A stretch of DNA of 64,000 nt from assembly GCA_965235115.1 (NCBI GenBank), contig OZ249438.1:9672001-9736000 (forward strand), written 5' to 3'. Below, piece by piece: positions 50,735 through 62,342 of this stretch (the stretch's first letter is position 1; every line of letters starts with the position of its first letter). The notes below the pieces were generated by a model. That model had not been told where the DNA came from and searched no databases. It was given only the letters and a program-made list of their open reading frames with translations. This stretch comes from Laetmonice hystrix. Lineage: Eukaryota. The translations under genes were made by a program, and so were the position numbers.

Positions 50735-51095
50735 CCCCGAACTGGCCTATAGCACTGGCCCCAAACTGGCCGAGGCACTGATCCCAAGCTGGCCGAGGCA
50801 CTACCCCCAAACTGGCCGAGGCACCGCCCCCAAACTGGCCTAGTCACTGGCCCCAAACTGGCCTAGGCACTGCCCCCAAACTGGCCTAGGCACTGCCCCC
50901 AAACTGGCCTAGGCACTGCCACCAAACTGGCCTTGGCACTGCCCCCGAAACTGACCTGCACTGCCCCCAAACTGACCTCGGCACTGTGCCAAACTGGCCT
51001 AGGCACTGACCCCCAAACTGGCCTAGGCACTGCCCCCAAACTGACCTAGGCACTGACCCAAATTGGCCTAGGCACTGACCCAAACTGGCCGAGGC
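50735..51095. repeat. Minisatellite, ~23-bp unit
   Basis: Unit GGCCTAGGCACTGCCCCCAAACT. Confidence 0.92.
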
Positions 51096-53840
51096 ACTAC
51101 GAAGCCCCAATACGATTGCATGACCATCCCAACTTCCCCCGATTGTCCTCAGCACCTAGAACAGACCTGTGGTCAGGTTTGGTCGATGTCCTCCTTCATG
51201 TCATTGTCTTCAGCGTCAGCGTGTGAATCGGATCTTGTAATCAGAGATCAAAGCTAATGTTGCAATTAATACTGGCAACAGATAATTGGCAAGAGCAGAT
51301 GCGCCTGCCGAATTGGCGCTGATTGCCGGTGTCATGACCCCCATACAACTGAGGAGTCACAACAGTCCCAGTGACCAACCACAATACTCATCATGTCAAG
51401 ATTGTACAACTCTCGAATCAGTCAACTTGGGTTTCAACTCAAACCGTCAACTCTAAATTCTGCCTGACATTTCACCTGGACAAATACACACGTTACATCT
51501 TGGTGCCACCAACCACTGTTGAACATCTTCCACACTTTTGTTTTAGTGTTTCACTCGTAGTATTTGTTTCCGAGGAGGTTGGCGAGTTGATGAACTGGAT
51601 GCGACAGTAAAACACTTGACCCGACCAACCCGTCCGCACACAGGGGCCTTCAAGTTGCCACGACTCGCGCCTCTGGTTTTATTCCTGCTCCCACTGTAAT
51701 TAATCCAGGAGCCCTGTAATTTGTCCTAATGACCAACCCGGGGCCTCATCATTAGGTCTGGGGTAAGGACACTAATCCAATTAATCTCTTTAATTTGCAT
51801 ATGCAAATGGATGAATTTGTCACGGGGGGAGGTTGGGACCATTAGCGGGGAGTGTCGGTCAGGGGTTTCAGTAATTAACACTCGTCCGCCGGGAGTTGTG
51901 GCAGTGTCCTGGTTTAACAAAGCGGGACACAGCTATGTCTCTACTGGGACCGTATATATATGTCATCATCTACAACTTACCTTGGTATGTACTGACACAG
52001 CTATGTCGGGAGAAATGCATTGTTTACTCCGAATTAGGGTTGGCCGTGTTAGACAAAAATTAGAATTAATTAAAATTATAATGCGTTCTTAATCCACGTG
52101 AATTGAACCCATCAGAAGATAGTTTGTTATTTATTGAGAACATGTATATAGGCGACGTCAAAATGTCATCAATAAAAAAAAGTCAAAATATAGGGGGGGG
52201 GGGCTCCACCCCCTTAGCAGATCGAGGGGTTGGATGCAAGACGTTGGGTGGTAGCAGTATCGGGCTGGCCAGGGCTAGGGTGACCCCCTCACACACACCC
52301 ACACCAACAATATAAACCATGTCGACCTCATATACCCCCTTCCACTTGGTGGCCAATGGATCAGTTCAGTTCTACTGTAAACAATATCAAGTGGTCGTAC
52401 GGTCATGATACTCGAGGGTTCCATCAAGGGGGGGGGGGGGGGTACTGAGACCAGTGATAATTGTTGTAGAGAAGATTTTAATCCATGGCGTCAAGATTGG
52501 AGAATGATCAATACAGGAAAGGTTTTAAGATTACGGAGAATATTCTCAGTTCCTGATGGCTGGATGTCTGTCGGTGAGCTCTCTCTGTCTGTCTGTCTCC
52601 CTCTATCTCTATCTTCTCTCTCTCTCTCTCATCATGCACTCGGCCATGACATGACGTTGGTTGAGAGCCGTGCTGATGGACGTATACAAATAAACAGGGA
52701 CCCGTGCCAGGGGGGAAGGGGTTCTTGGCTTCCGGTCCTCTAGCCCTCCCAATCTCCTGAAATCTTCACCAGACCTTTCCAATCAACCTAGACCTCTTTA
52801 CTTGATCTACACCTCAGCAATCACCGGGCGGGAAGCAGCAATTTTATCGTGGAAAGGGGCGTGGGGTAAGAATTAGGAATTAGAAAGGACCATACCAAGT
52901 AATGTGTATGGTAGGATCGGTGAAAACTGTTTAAAAATTAATATAACAGTGATCAAGATTATTTTTACTTGCCTATATACTGACTTAATAACAAATAGAG
53001 CCTAGGTTTGTCATGTCCTCAGTCCACACAAGACGTACACATTGCCCCCTGACCTCCCCTGTGAACCTTGACCTCCTGATGTCAGCGTCCAGACGTCCAC
53101 GTGGAGGGGGGCGTTCGTACCGACTACCCCGTACAGCCTCACCTCCACCCCAAGCGGCTGGCGATCTCTCAGAGATTTCCCAGGTCGTTGAAGACGTTTT
53201 GATGATCCATTAAACAACCATCAGGTCGCACACCGGTATCTGCCGTGCCAACCACGACCTCCTGTTGTGTTGGTGAGCTCCGATCATTATAATGTGGACC
53301 ACCACCCCATGTAGGCCTTAATTATGGCGATAGGTTTACTGAAAAAAAAAACAACTTTGGATTCCGTGACGCTAAGGTCCCATGCGGTTTATCCCACTTT
53401 CAATGTACTTCTACTTGAAACTGTTCGTAGTCGCATGGCGACCACGGAGACAATATTGAATAGGTCCCCTACCAACCTTTTACTGTAGTTTCACTATGTT
53501 TTGCCGTGAATATTGTTTTAGTTGCCGACTTGGCTTTGGCTGTCTCTCATCTCTCAGTGGCCGGCTGCACCGCGGTCATCATGGGGTGGTGTTTGTCTTG
53601 ACAGCCAGTATACCCAGTGCCAGGTCCAGGCTGCAGATTGAGGCATGCTGCTTTCATTACGGCCGGCCTGACCCCCTCCAGAGACTGACATTACCGTGGT
53701 CAGACACTCATCACGACATGACTAGCCGCACGACGGGGGGCCCAGTTCACCTGTCTGCGGCTCTGTCGGTAGAAGTCTCATCAGGAGGGCTGTAGCTGTG
53801 GGTTAAAGCTTACAGGGGACAGGGCTGCTGTCTGAGTCAG

Positions 53841-54013
53841 GTTCTCTCATCAAATCTAGTATGATGACTTGTGATCCCAGCATGTTCTGTCATCAAATCT
53901 AGTGTGATGACTTGTGATCCCAGCCTGTTCTGTCATCAAATCTAGTATGATGACTTGTGATCCTAGCATGTTCTGTCATCAAATCTAGTATGATGACTTG
54001 TGATCCAAGCCTG
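53841..54013. repeat. Tandem repeat, 43-bp unit x4
   Basis: Unit TCTGTCATCAAATCTAGTATGATGACTTGTGATCCCAGCATGT. Confidence 0.93.
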
Positions 54014-54034
54014 CTCCAGGCTGTAACGGAGGGT

Positions 54035-54238
54035 CGGGATGTAACAGGGGCCGGGATGTAACAGGGTCCCGGGATGTAACAGGGTCCCCGGGATGTAACA
54101 GGGGCCGGGATGTAACAGGGGCCGGGATGTAACAGGGGGCGGGATGTAACAGGGGCAGGGATGTAACAGGGTCCCGGGATGTAACAGGGTCCCCGGGATG
54201 TAACAGGGGCCGGGATGTAACAGGGGATGTAACAGGGT
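54035..54238. repeat. Minisatellite, 17-19-bp unit
   Basis: Unit GGGATGTAACAGGGGCC. Confidence 0.93.
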
Positions 54239-54884
54239 TGAGGAGATGTGCCTCAGTTATGGGTGATTAACGATGCGAGGAGGCAGACTATTGTTACCTG
54301 TACCTGTCAGCCACCCACCAGGGGGTAGGAGGTAGTACCCTCACACCCTCTCAGCCATTCACGGGGGATGAGGGTACTTATATCTTTCCCACGCCTCTTA
54401 CAAATAGATTCAGACGTTCTTTATTATTTCCAAGCCAGGGCGAGTTACCGCCTTGTCTGTGAATATCATTGTCGTAATAAGTCTCCAGGAATCCAAAATC
54501 TGAGACGACCACACCGGCTTGGCTTTTCTCCTGACATCAACACTATTGTTTACCAGTGTGACGGTTAAATAGCTCTGTCCAGTGAAGGCCTCCACGGCGA
54601 ATACCGTTTGTGATTAGTGGAGTTCTTAACGTGATAACTCGCACAAATGTTTGACATCGTTGAATATAAAAACCTCGTCAGATGTAGTGGAAAGTAAACA
54701 AGTGGCGGGCGAGGGTGGTTGTTTTGATGTTAGCCAGGCCGGGGACGGGGTGGCGCGGTGTAGGATATAACGGTATGTCAGAACTCAGGCAATGAGTGGC
54801 GGGCTGGCGATACAGCCGACATCTGAGCTTATTATGATTGACGGACCAACAATTCGGGATGAGAGCTTGGCAGCGAGTTTCTGA

Positions 54885-55415
54885 ATACACTAGGACGGAC
54901 TGGCAGGTCTCTCGGTTAGTTGGGACTGACTGGGAGGTCTTTACTAGGACTAGGACGGGTTTCTCAATACACTAGGACGAGCTGGGAGGTCTCCCAATAC
55001 ACTAGGACGGGATGGGAGGTCTCCCAATACACTAGGACGGGCTGGGAGGTCTCCCAATACACTAGGACGGGCTGGGAGGTCTCCCAATACACTAGGACGG
55101 GCTGGGAGGTCTCTCAATACACTAGGACGGGCTGGGAGGTCTCTCAATACACTAGGACGGGCTAGGAGGTCTCTCAATACACTAGGACGGGCTGGGAGGT
55201 CTCTCAATACACTAGGACGGGCTGGGAGGTCTCTCAATACACTAGGACGGGCTGGGAGGTCTCCGACTATATTAAGACGGGCTGAGAGGCTCTCAATACA
55301 CTAGGACGGGCTGGGAGACCTCTCAATACTCTAGGACGGGCTGGGAAGTCTCTGAATACACTAGGACGGGCTGGGAGGTCTCTGAATACACTAGGACGGG
55401 CTGGGAGGTCTCTGA
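54885..55415. repeat. Minisatellite, 30-bp unit
   Basis: Unit ACTAGGACGGGCTGGGAGGTCTC(T/C)CAATAC. Confidence 0.96.
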
Positions 55416-56439
55416 ATGTACATGGTTAGGCGGCATTATGAGGTATTGAGCAGAGACAGTTGACCCCCCCCCCCCCTCCCCTCCATGGCCCACACACATG
55501 ACAACGATCGCGACTCGTGGACAGGTCGCCGTCAGCCCACAACCATTGAATATAGAACTGATAATCAGGTTCTAATCCTCGCTCGAGTAAAGGATGCAAC
55601 CGAAAAAAAATCACAAATCTCTGCAATAGGTGGCGGAGCCAGTGGGTGTCTGTCGGTGGTCGATGGGAGGCTGTAAATTGTTGATTATCTAATCAAGGCG
55701 GGACACTTCTGACAGGCACCACCTGATGTATGGAGGCAGTGGGCGCCCGGTCTCAGTGTATACCATGCTGGTTTCGTTAATATCCATGTAACACTGATTG
55801 TTTTAACACAAATCTCAGCCAGACCTGCGGGTTTATTGACCGGCCCCAATGTCAACACGATGCTGAGTTACCTTTGGTAGACGTCGCCATGGGAACGCAG
55901 AGGGTGATTTGTGGGCGATTTATAATATTTGTGTGGAGGAGACGCTAAAGGGCGGTTGATTTAGATCTGGTTTTGGTTCTTCGATGTCTGGATCCTAATT
56001 AGCCGAGTCTGAGATCTGGGTCCTGGTTGGTCGAGTTAAAATGTCGGTCGCAATTAGCCGGGGCTGGGATCTAGTTCGGAATAATTATTAGCCGATAGTC
56101 TTGAGATCTGAGTCGATACCCTCCATACCCGTACCGGTCCCACTCAATCCAATAATTTTTTTATGCCTTGAAAACCATACAGCCTTAATCTGACCCGACT
56201 TCATTCAACTGTGCTCTAAGTACGGATTTCAATGCATAAAAAAACTCATGGATGGAGTCGAACCGGACCATTTACCTACTGTACATGACTTGACTTGGCC
56301 GAGCCTGAGGGGAAGGTCCCAGTTAGCCGAGTTGGAGGGCTGGATACAGATCGATATACCTCCGACCCCTCGGTGTGTATATTTACCGGATCACTGAGAG
56401 GGTTATTAGTGGAGACCCCGAGTAGAGGAACACCACCCA

Positions 56440-56495
56440 CCACCCACCCACCACCCACCACCCACCACCCACCACCCACCACCCACCACCACCCA
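56440..56495. repeat. Imperfect (CCA)n / (CCAC)n microsatellite
   Basis: Direct reading of the sequence. Confidence 0.85.
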
Positions 56496-56920
56496 CCGAG
56501 GCCAGTCGCCCCGTGTCGATCACCTCCTATCGGTCCCTGCGTGATTTACTTTTGTTGGGTCATTAATAAACCGATAGTAAATCATTCCTGAACGGTGATG
56601 GGAAAAACATACCTGGAGGTGTCAACGTTCTCCATGGGTTCCGTCAGCCGGGGGTGGGGGGGGGGGGTAGGGGGGCAGTGGCAGAGGTCAGGTCAAACTG
56701 AAATATGGGAGCTAACATGTACAGGACACCTCCCAGTTGGTATAGCGGACCTTTCTGTTTGGATTGCCCACCTTAAGGATAGTCTACATGCGTAAGGCAG
56801 AGATAAATTAAACACCAGTATACGTACTTATAATGATGTACTCTCGCTGGACGGCCATGAACCGTCTAATAATTGAGGCAGATCTATAGGCACATGTCTG
56901 CAGAATCGACCCAACCTCCT

Positions 56921-57198
56921 GGCCCTGGTTTCAGAAAGGCTCTAAGCGGCAAGCTTTAAGCTAAGCAGGGCTACGGTGGCCCACGAGGACACAGACACTT
57001 TAACTTTCTACATTTGAGGGTATTTTCACGGCAGTGGAAATATCAAAGCGGTGAAAATATCACCACCATGCGGTTAAATCATTATCACTGTGAAAATAAA
57101 TCTAGAAAGTTAAAACACTAAGGTCTATGTCCCTATGGGCTGCCGTAGCTCCGCTTGGCTTCAAGCTTGCTGCTTGGAACCTTTTTGTAACCGGGGCC
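56921..57198. mobile_element. Fold-back non-autonomous DNA transposon (MITE), 278 bp, possibly PIF/Harbinger-like
   Basis: Left arm GGCCCTGGTTTCAGAAAGGCTCTAAGCGGCAAGCTTTAAGCTAAGCAGGGCTACGGTGGCCCACGAGGACACAGAC aligns with the reverse complement of the right arm, GGCCCCGGTTACAAAAAGGTTCCAAGCAGCAAGCTTGAAGCCAAGCGGAGCTACGGCAGCCCATAGGGACATAGAC. Inner TTAACTTTCTA/TAGAAAGTTAA and TATTTTCAC/GTGAAAATA also pair. No clear TSD; the superfamily is inferred from GGCC termini only. Confidence 0.8.
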
Positions 57199-57962
57199 TA
57201 TCAGACTATGGCGTAGTTGGTAGAATCAACCCAGCAGACCTACATAGCTTCTTATGACCCACTATTTCTCCAATGCAAAACGTTCATCGAAAATAGTTAA
57301 TGTCATACTCACCAAGTAACCGGAAATCTATATGAAAGGGATAGTTCTTGTTTTCAGTATCTCCCAGCTACATACGATGATACACGCCACAAATCACCAG
57401 ATTCCCTCAAGGGGGTACCGTTTTTGGGGGGGAGCGTATTTTCTCTCGGACCACCCAAGTCTCCCAGCTAACAATCTGTATACGAGATCTCGGGGACGCG
57501 CGAGACAGGGAATCATGGCAATCACGTGACTACTTGCCAAGCGGAAGTCGGTGTTGTCACGTGAGTTTAGAGAACGTTTAGAGACCGAGGGTCCCGTTCT
57601 CTTCACGTAGTTATTGGAGATGGATGGTGTCATGTTGTTCGGTTTATGAACACAGTTGCTCAAGTTATGGCTGTAGATTTGAATTGGCTGTCTACAGTGG
57701 AATCAGCGTGAGCGGTACCAACCGATGTATCACTGCCGATCGGGCTGACAGCAGACTGCATATTTGAGAGGATTTCACTAAGCGAGGTTCTTTTGATGCA
57801 TGATTTAAGTAAAGACTCACCATAATATTCAATTGTCAAGGCCGGTTTTGTCTGTCATGGTTTTATGACGTATTGCGCGGCGCGGAGGTGATGGTTGGCG
57901 TGAGGAGGCAGCGGCACAGGGAACAGGTTTATCTGGGGGATTGCCTGGAATCCGGGGGCTGC

Positions 57963-58425
57963 AGTGGTGATACAGAAAACATCCGGTCACTGGTGATACC
58001 GAAAACATCCTGTCACTGGTGATACAGAAAACATCCGGTCACTGGTGATACACAAAACATTCAGCTTCTGGTGATACAGAAAACATCCTGTCACTGGTGA
58101 TACCGAAAACATCCAGTCACTGGTGATACAGAAAACATCCGGTCACTGGTGATACAGAAAACATCCGGTCACTGGTGATACACAAAACATCCAGTCACTG
58201 GTGATACATAAAACATTCAGTCACTGGTGATACACAAAACATTCAGTCACTGGTGATACCGAAAACATCCAGTCACTGGTGATACCGAAAACATTCAGTC
58301 ACTGGTGATACACAAAACGTCCAGTCACTGGTCATACACAAAACATTCAGTCACTGGTGATACACAAAACATTTAGTCACTGGTCATACACAAAACATTC
58401 AGTCACTGGTCATACACAAAACATG
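57963..58425. repeat. Minisatellite, 25-26-bp unit
   Basis: Unit GTCACTGGTGATACA(C/G)AAAACAT(C/T)CA. Confidence 0.95.
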
Positions 58426-59141
58426 CACCCAATTTTATTACCCATTATTACCCATGTATCAGTTGCATACAAACCCACTGTAGAATTAGTCGGCTTGTTT
58501 TGCTGCCAACCCCAACCCCCGTCAGTAAGGTAGAGAACTGGGTGAGGTTGACAAGGAACGCAGCCACATGAACGTAATCCATCATCTAGGTCCGTGAGAG
58601 TCCAGTAACACGACCTCGCCCAGCATACAATATTAATGTACATGTACAGGGTGGGGTGGGGAGTATGTGGCCGTGGGTTGGGTGACAGGGTCCCATAATA
58701 TATATATCCAGATTATATTCATGGTGTACGGCTGAAGGTAATTGTCCATGGCGTACGATTTTTGATCTCAAGCCAGTAAAGGTCAACTAGTATTCACTCT
58801 GTAATATTTGCCGGCGCTCCATCGCTGATTGAGAATATTGGGTTCATATTTTGAATGTCTGCCTTTAAGAAGGCAGTGAATGTCTGCCTTTAAGAATTCC
58901 GTCCTCGGTATTACAGGTCATCTTCCGACCTCGGAGAAGACTTCGGTTCATTATTTCAGGATGGTCGCGTGAAAATCAGGTTGTTAAGTTGATTTTGTTT
59001 TACGGTGCGAGGTTGAGACGGTTTCATGCTGTGATTGTTTGCACGAGGCTTAGCCGAGGGCGATATACCAACCTTCTAGCACACTGTCCTAACTCAAAAC
59101 AATGCCATGCTGAGCTTTGGTTTCTCTCCTTCACCCTGCAG

Positions 59142-59271
59142 ATATCGACGACCTGACTTCAAGCTCCTTTGAGCCGAAGACTCCACTCGGTCGACCAAAA
59201 GTCATTCCAGTTGGCCAGAAGTTCGAGGTCCAGTGTTTACTTCCAAACGGGCTGCCCACACCTACACACGG
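59142..59271 (+). CDS. PTK7: PTK7/Off-track-like internal exon (N-terminal half of Ig4); absent from ORF track
   Basis: Acceptor tttctctccttcaccctgcag ends at 59141; donor gtaagt starts at 59272. In-frame join T|AT. Encodes YIDDLTSSSFEPKTPLGRPKVIPVGQKFEVQCLLPNGLPTPTH, resembling recalled PTK7 EIEDMPLFEP...VTCLPPKGLPEPSV. Confidence 0.9.
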
Positions 59272-61682
59272 GTAAGTTTCTTTTGGAGTTTCCTATTCTC
59301 TTCATTTATTCATTCTAAACTTGGGTGTGTTCGGGAACATTTCCAGTATGTGTTCGGTGCCCCTGTGTCTGAAGGAGAGACAGGTCTGGGGGTCGTTCAG
59401 TCCAGGAGATATGAGACAGGTACCGAGAGTTGGAAGGTATGGACCCCAGCATGACGAGAGGCCAATGAGATAGGTGGGGCAGAGATAGGTGGGGCAGAGG
59501 TGGTGTGACGTGCCTAGTCTGGGCGGTCAAAACTAAGATCGTCTGGCCGGGGGGAGACAGTTTGTTTGACAGGAGTCACCAGGAGGCTGATAGGGCCTGG
59601 CTGGGGGGAAGGGCCGAGGGGGCCAGGGGGCAGGGGTGCGGTGTACCACCCCAGGAGCTGGAGGCACCATGGCTGGGGAAGCACCCGAAGAGCCACTTGG
59701 AACCAGAGAGCTCAGCAGATAGCGGTATCGTGTAACAGTAAAACGAACCCCTCAACACTCGCCATTCATTCTGGCGCTTGTCGCTACCACTCGCCGCTAA
59801 TTAAGTCAGGGGCGGCCGTCATGCTGGGCCGAAAGGTACACGGATTGGGTGCCGCCATTTCGCCGTATATTTGAGAGGACGCTTTCGAATTAGTTTTCTA
59901 AACAGATCTGTAAACGGCGGCTAACAAGGAAGTGTTGAGCAGCGAGAGATGGAATAGGACGTGGCGGGGAGCCGGGTTCCAGCCGAGTGTATTAACATCA
60001 TTCTTGTTTTCAGTTCACACGTTTTGTGCTATCCATAAACTGCCATCAACAAACCTGATACAGGATCCTTGTATCCGGTTATCCTGCGTCTTGATTGGTC
60101 AGTAATAGTGGCGTGCTCCAAGCCGAGGATATTCCATGCAAATAGAGGTATAATCTTCGAGATCGCTGAAGAAGAGGAGTTGTCCCTTCCGGTCAGGCAA
60201 CCCCTCTCTTTTGAAAACTAAAGATTTCACAACTTGCCGAACTTATGCGGTGGTGAATCCGTTTTTATAATGAAATAGGGGAACCCACATTGACAGATGG
60301 TGTTAGGGACGAATAATTGACGGTCACTGTGAATGATAGCAGCATAGATGTTGCAAACAGACACACCTGTCGTGCAAAGGTTACACGATCGCTTTAACCA
60401 ACCCAGTCTTCAAACTTATGTTCCCCAATGCTACAAGCATCTGGTGAAATAATTTCCATTCTTGGTATTTACGCCAATACTTGAACATAAGCGAATACCA
60501 CAGTTGGACTGGTGGCTCCACCTGTCGGTATTAAGAAACGGATGCTCGTTGAGAACTCATGCAATGCAAGTTCTGGTTCGGTTAGCCTAGTCCCCAGCTC
60601 TATATTGACTGCGTATATGTGATTGGCTCATCGAAAACATGGACGCAAACGAGGTACAACAGACATGTAGTTGGGTACCCTCCGTATTTCTCCAACAAGA
60701 TACAGATATTTTCGTCAATCTCTTTAAAATACTGTTAAATGTTCTCGCTTTTCTGGATGTAAACATAGCGTCATCGGTCCCCGCCCCTGCTACGGTCTGC
60801 ATACGCATGGGCATGTTGGCCACTCCCGGCCACGCTCCAAGCAGAAGTCGGTCACTCTGTTAACGCTGACCAACGGAACGGAAGCGGAAGTGCTTGGAGT
60901 TTAATCACTTCCGTTTCGCGGCTTTCTGATGGCCGACACCTAGCCTAACATAGCGGATGCGTCTGGTAGGCAGGGGACCAGGCTATGGTTCGGTTGTAAG
61001 TTGACCAATGTTGAGGGAAAGGCGAAGAGGTAGTGCGCGCAGTTAGAGACTCATCAACTTGAGCACTTCCATTAATTGAAGCGGTTTGTGATAGGAACGT
61101 CCACCTACTAAATGTTCTCACAAGGGCTTTATCATCGGGGTCTGTGATTGGGCGGTGGGTTGGCCGTGGACGTCAAACGTCGAGGGCCCAGCCAATCAGG
61201 TGAGAGATAACAGCAGGGTCGGTAATGGAAGTCGTCCAGCCGGTGGCAGCCTGACGTGCCTGACTGAGACAAACAGTCTTATCACTTGTAATCATCATCT
61301 CTCCTCGCACTGCCCGGACAACTTCTGCCCTGGCTTGACCCCCAGCCCCCTCCCACCGTAAGAGGCGACGACTGGGGCAAGGGCCGGTGTGGAATCATAG
61401 GTTTATGTGTGGCACAGACGCGTGGGTTTGCGTCCTTCCAGTGCCATTTGTCTCGTGGGTCCTCCCGAGTGCTCCACATGGTCGCATCAAAGGGGTTGGT
61501 ACGTCCTTTGAAGAGGGTAGGGGAGTTCTTTATACCGATTGCCGGGTTCTTTCTCACTTCCTCCTCATCGTCGTGCCCCCTTCCAGAGTCTGAGGCAATA
61601 GGTGCAATGAATGAACAAGTTATAAAACGTTTTATTCTTGCCCTGAATATGGTTCAAATACTGTAGAGTCCTGCGCCAGGTC

Positions 61683-61683
<1 letters not shown>

Positions 61684-61725
<42 letters not shown>
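61684..61725. repeat. (CTG)14 microsatellite
   Basis: Perfect 42-bp triplet run. Confidence 0.97.
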
Positions 61726-61726
<1 letters not shown>

Positions 61727-62208
61727 GGTTGCTCACAGTACCTCCTGCCGTCCTAGCAGATGCACAGGCTCTATAACCTGGAACCATGTGTCAGTTCAGT
61801 TCCATGCTGTGAGGAACCAAAGATAGGAACAAGACACAAACACTGTTCCGAGACCCCGCGGTGGGAGTGAGGAAGCAGTCGGTGCGGGTCGCTTCGAGTC
61901 GCCAGCTGTCGGCGGGCCAAGATATAAAACTACACCCGGACACACTGTTACACCACAACATATGTCGGGCACAAGGCGGTGTAATTGGTTGGAGCCAGTC
62001 ACATTGGGTGGGCCGCCAAATGTCTGCAATCGGATGATATTAAAACAAGCCACCGTCTTCTCCTACCTCCCATCTTCCCACGTCTATAGCGCAGTTGTAA
62101 CCTTTGGACGGACTTCCAGCGAGAGGAGCACTGACCTTCGCAGCCATATACGTTTCCTTTAAATCGCGGCATACCTGACCAGAAAGAAGTGGGCGTGGCG
62201 GGGGTTGA

Positions 62209-62342
62209 GGAAGTGTGTGAAGTTATGAATGAATTCAAGGTACATAGGTCCTGGAAGTGTGTGAAGTTATGAATGAAGTCAAGGTACATAGGTCCTGGAA
62301 GTGTGTGAAGTGTTGAATGAATTCAAGGTACAAAGGTCCTGG
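62209..62342. repeat. Tandem repeat, 44-bp unit x3
   Basis: GGAAGTGTGTGAAG starts at 62209, 62253 and 62297. Confidence 0.93.

Noticed and set aside
53841-54013. C-box (ATGATGA) suggesting tandem C/D snoRNAs
   Set aside because: No CTGA D-box at a proper spacing; 43-bp units are too short.
57209-57224. tRNA A-box-like TGGCGTAGTTGGTAGA
   Set aside because: No B box or cloverleaf downstream.
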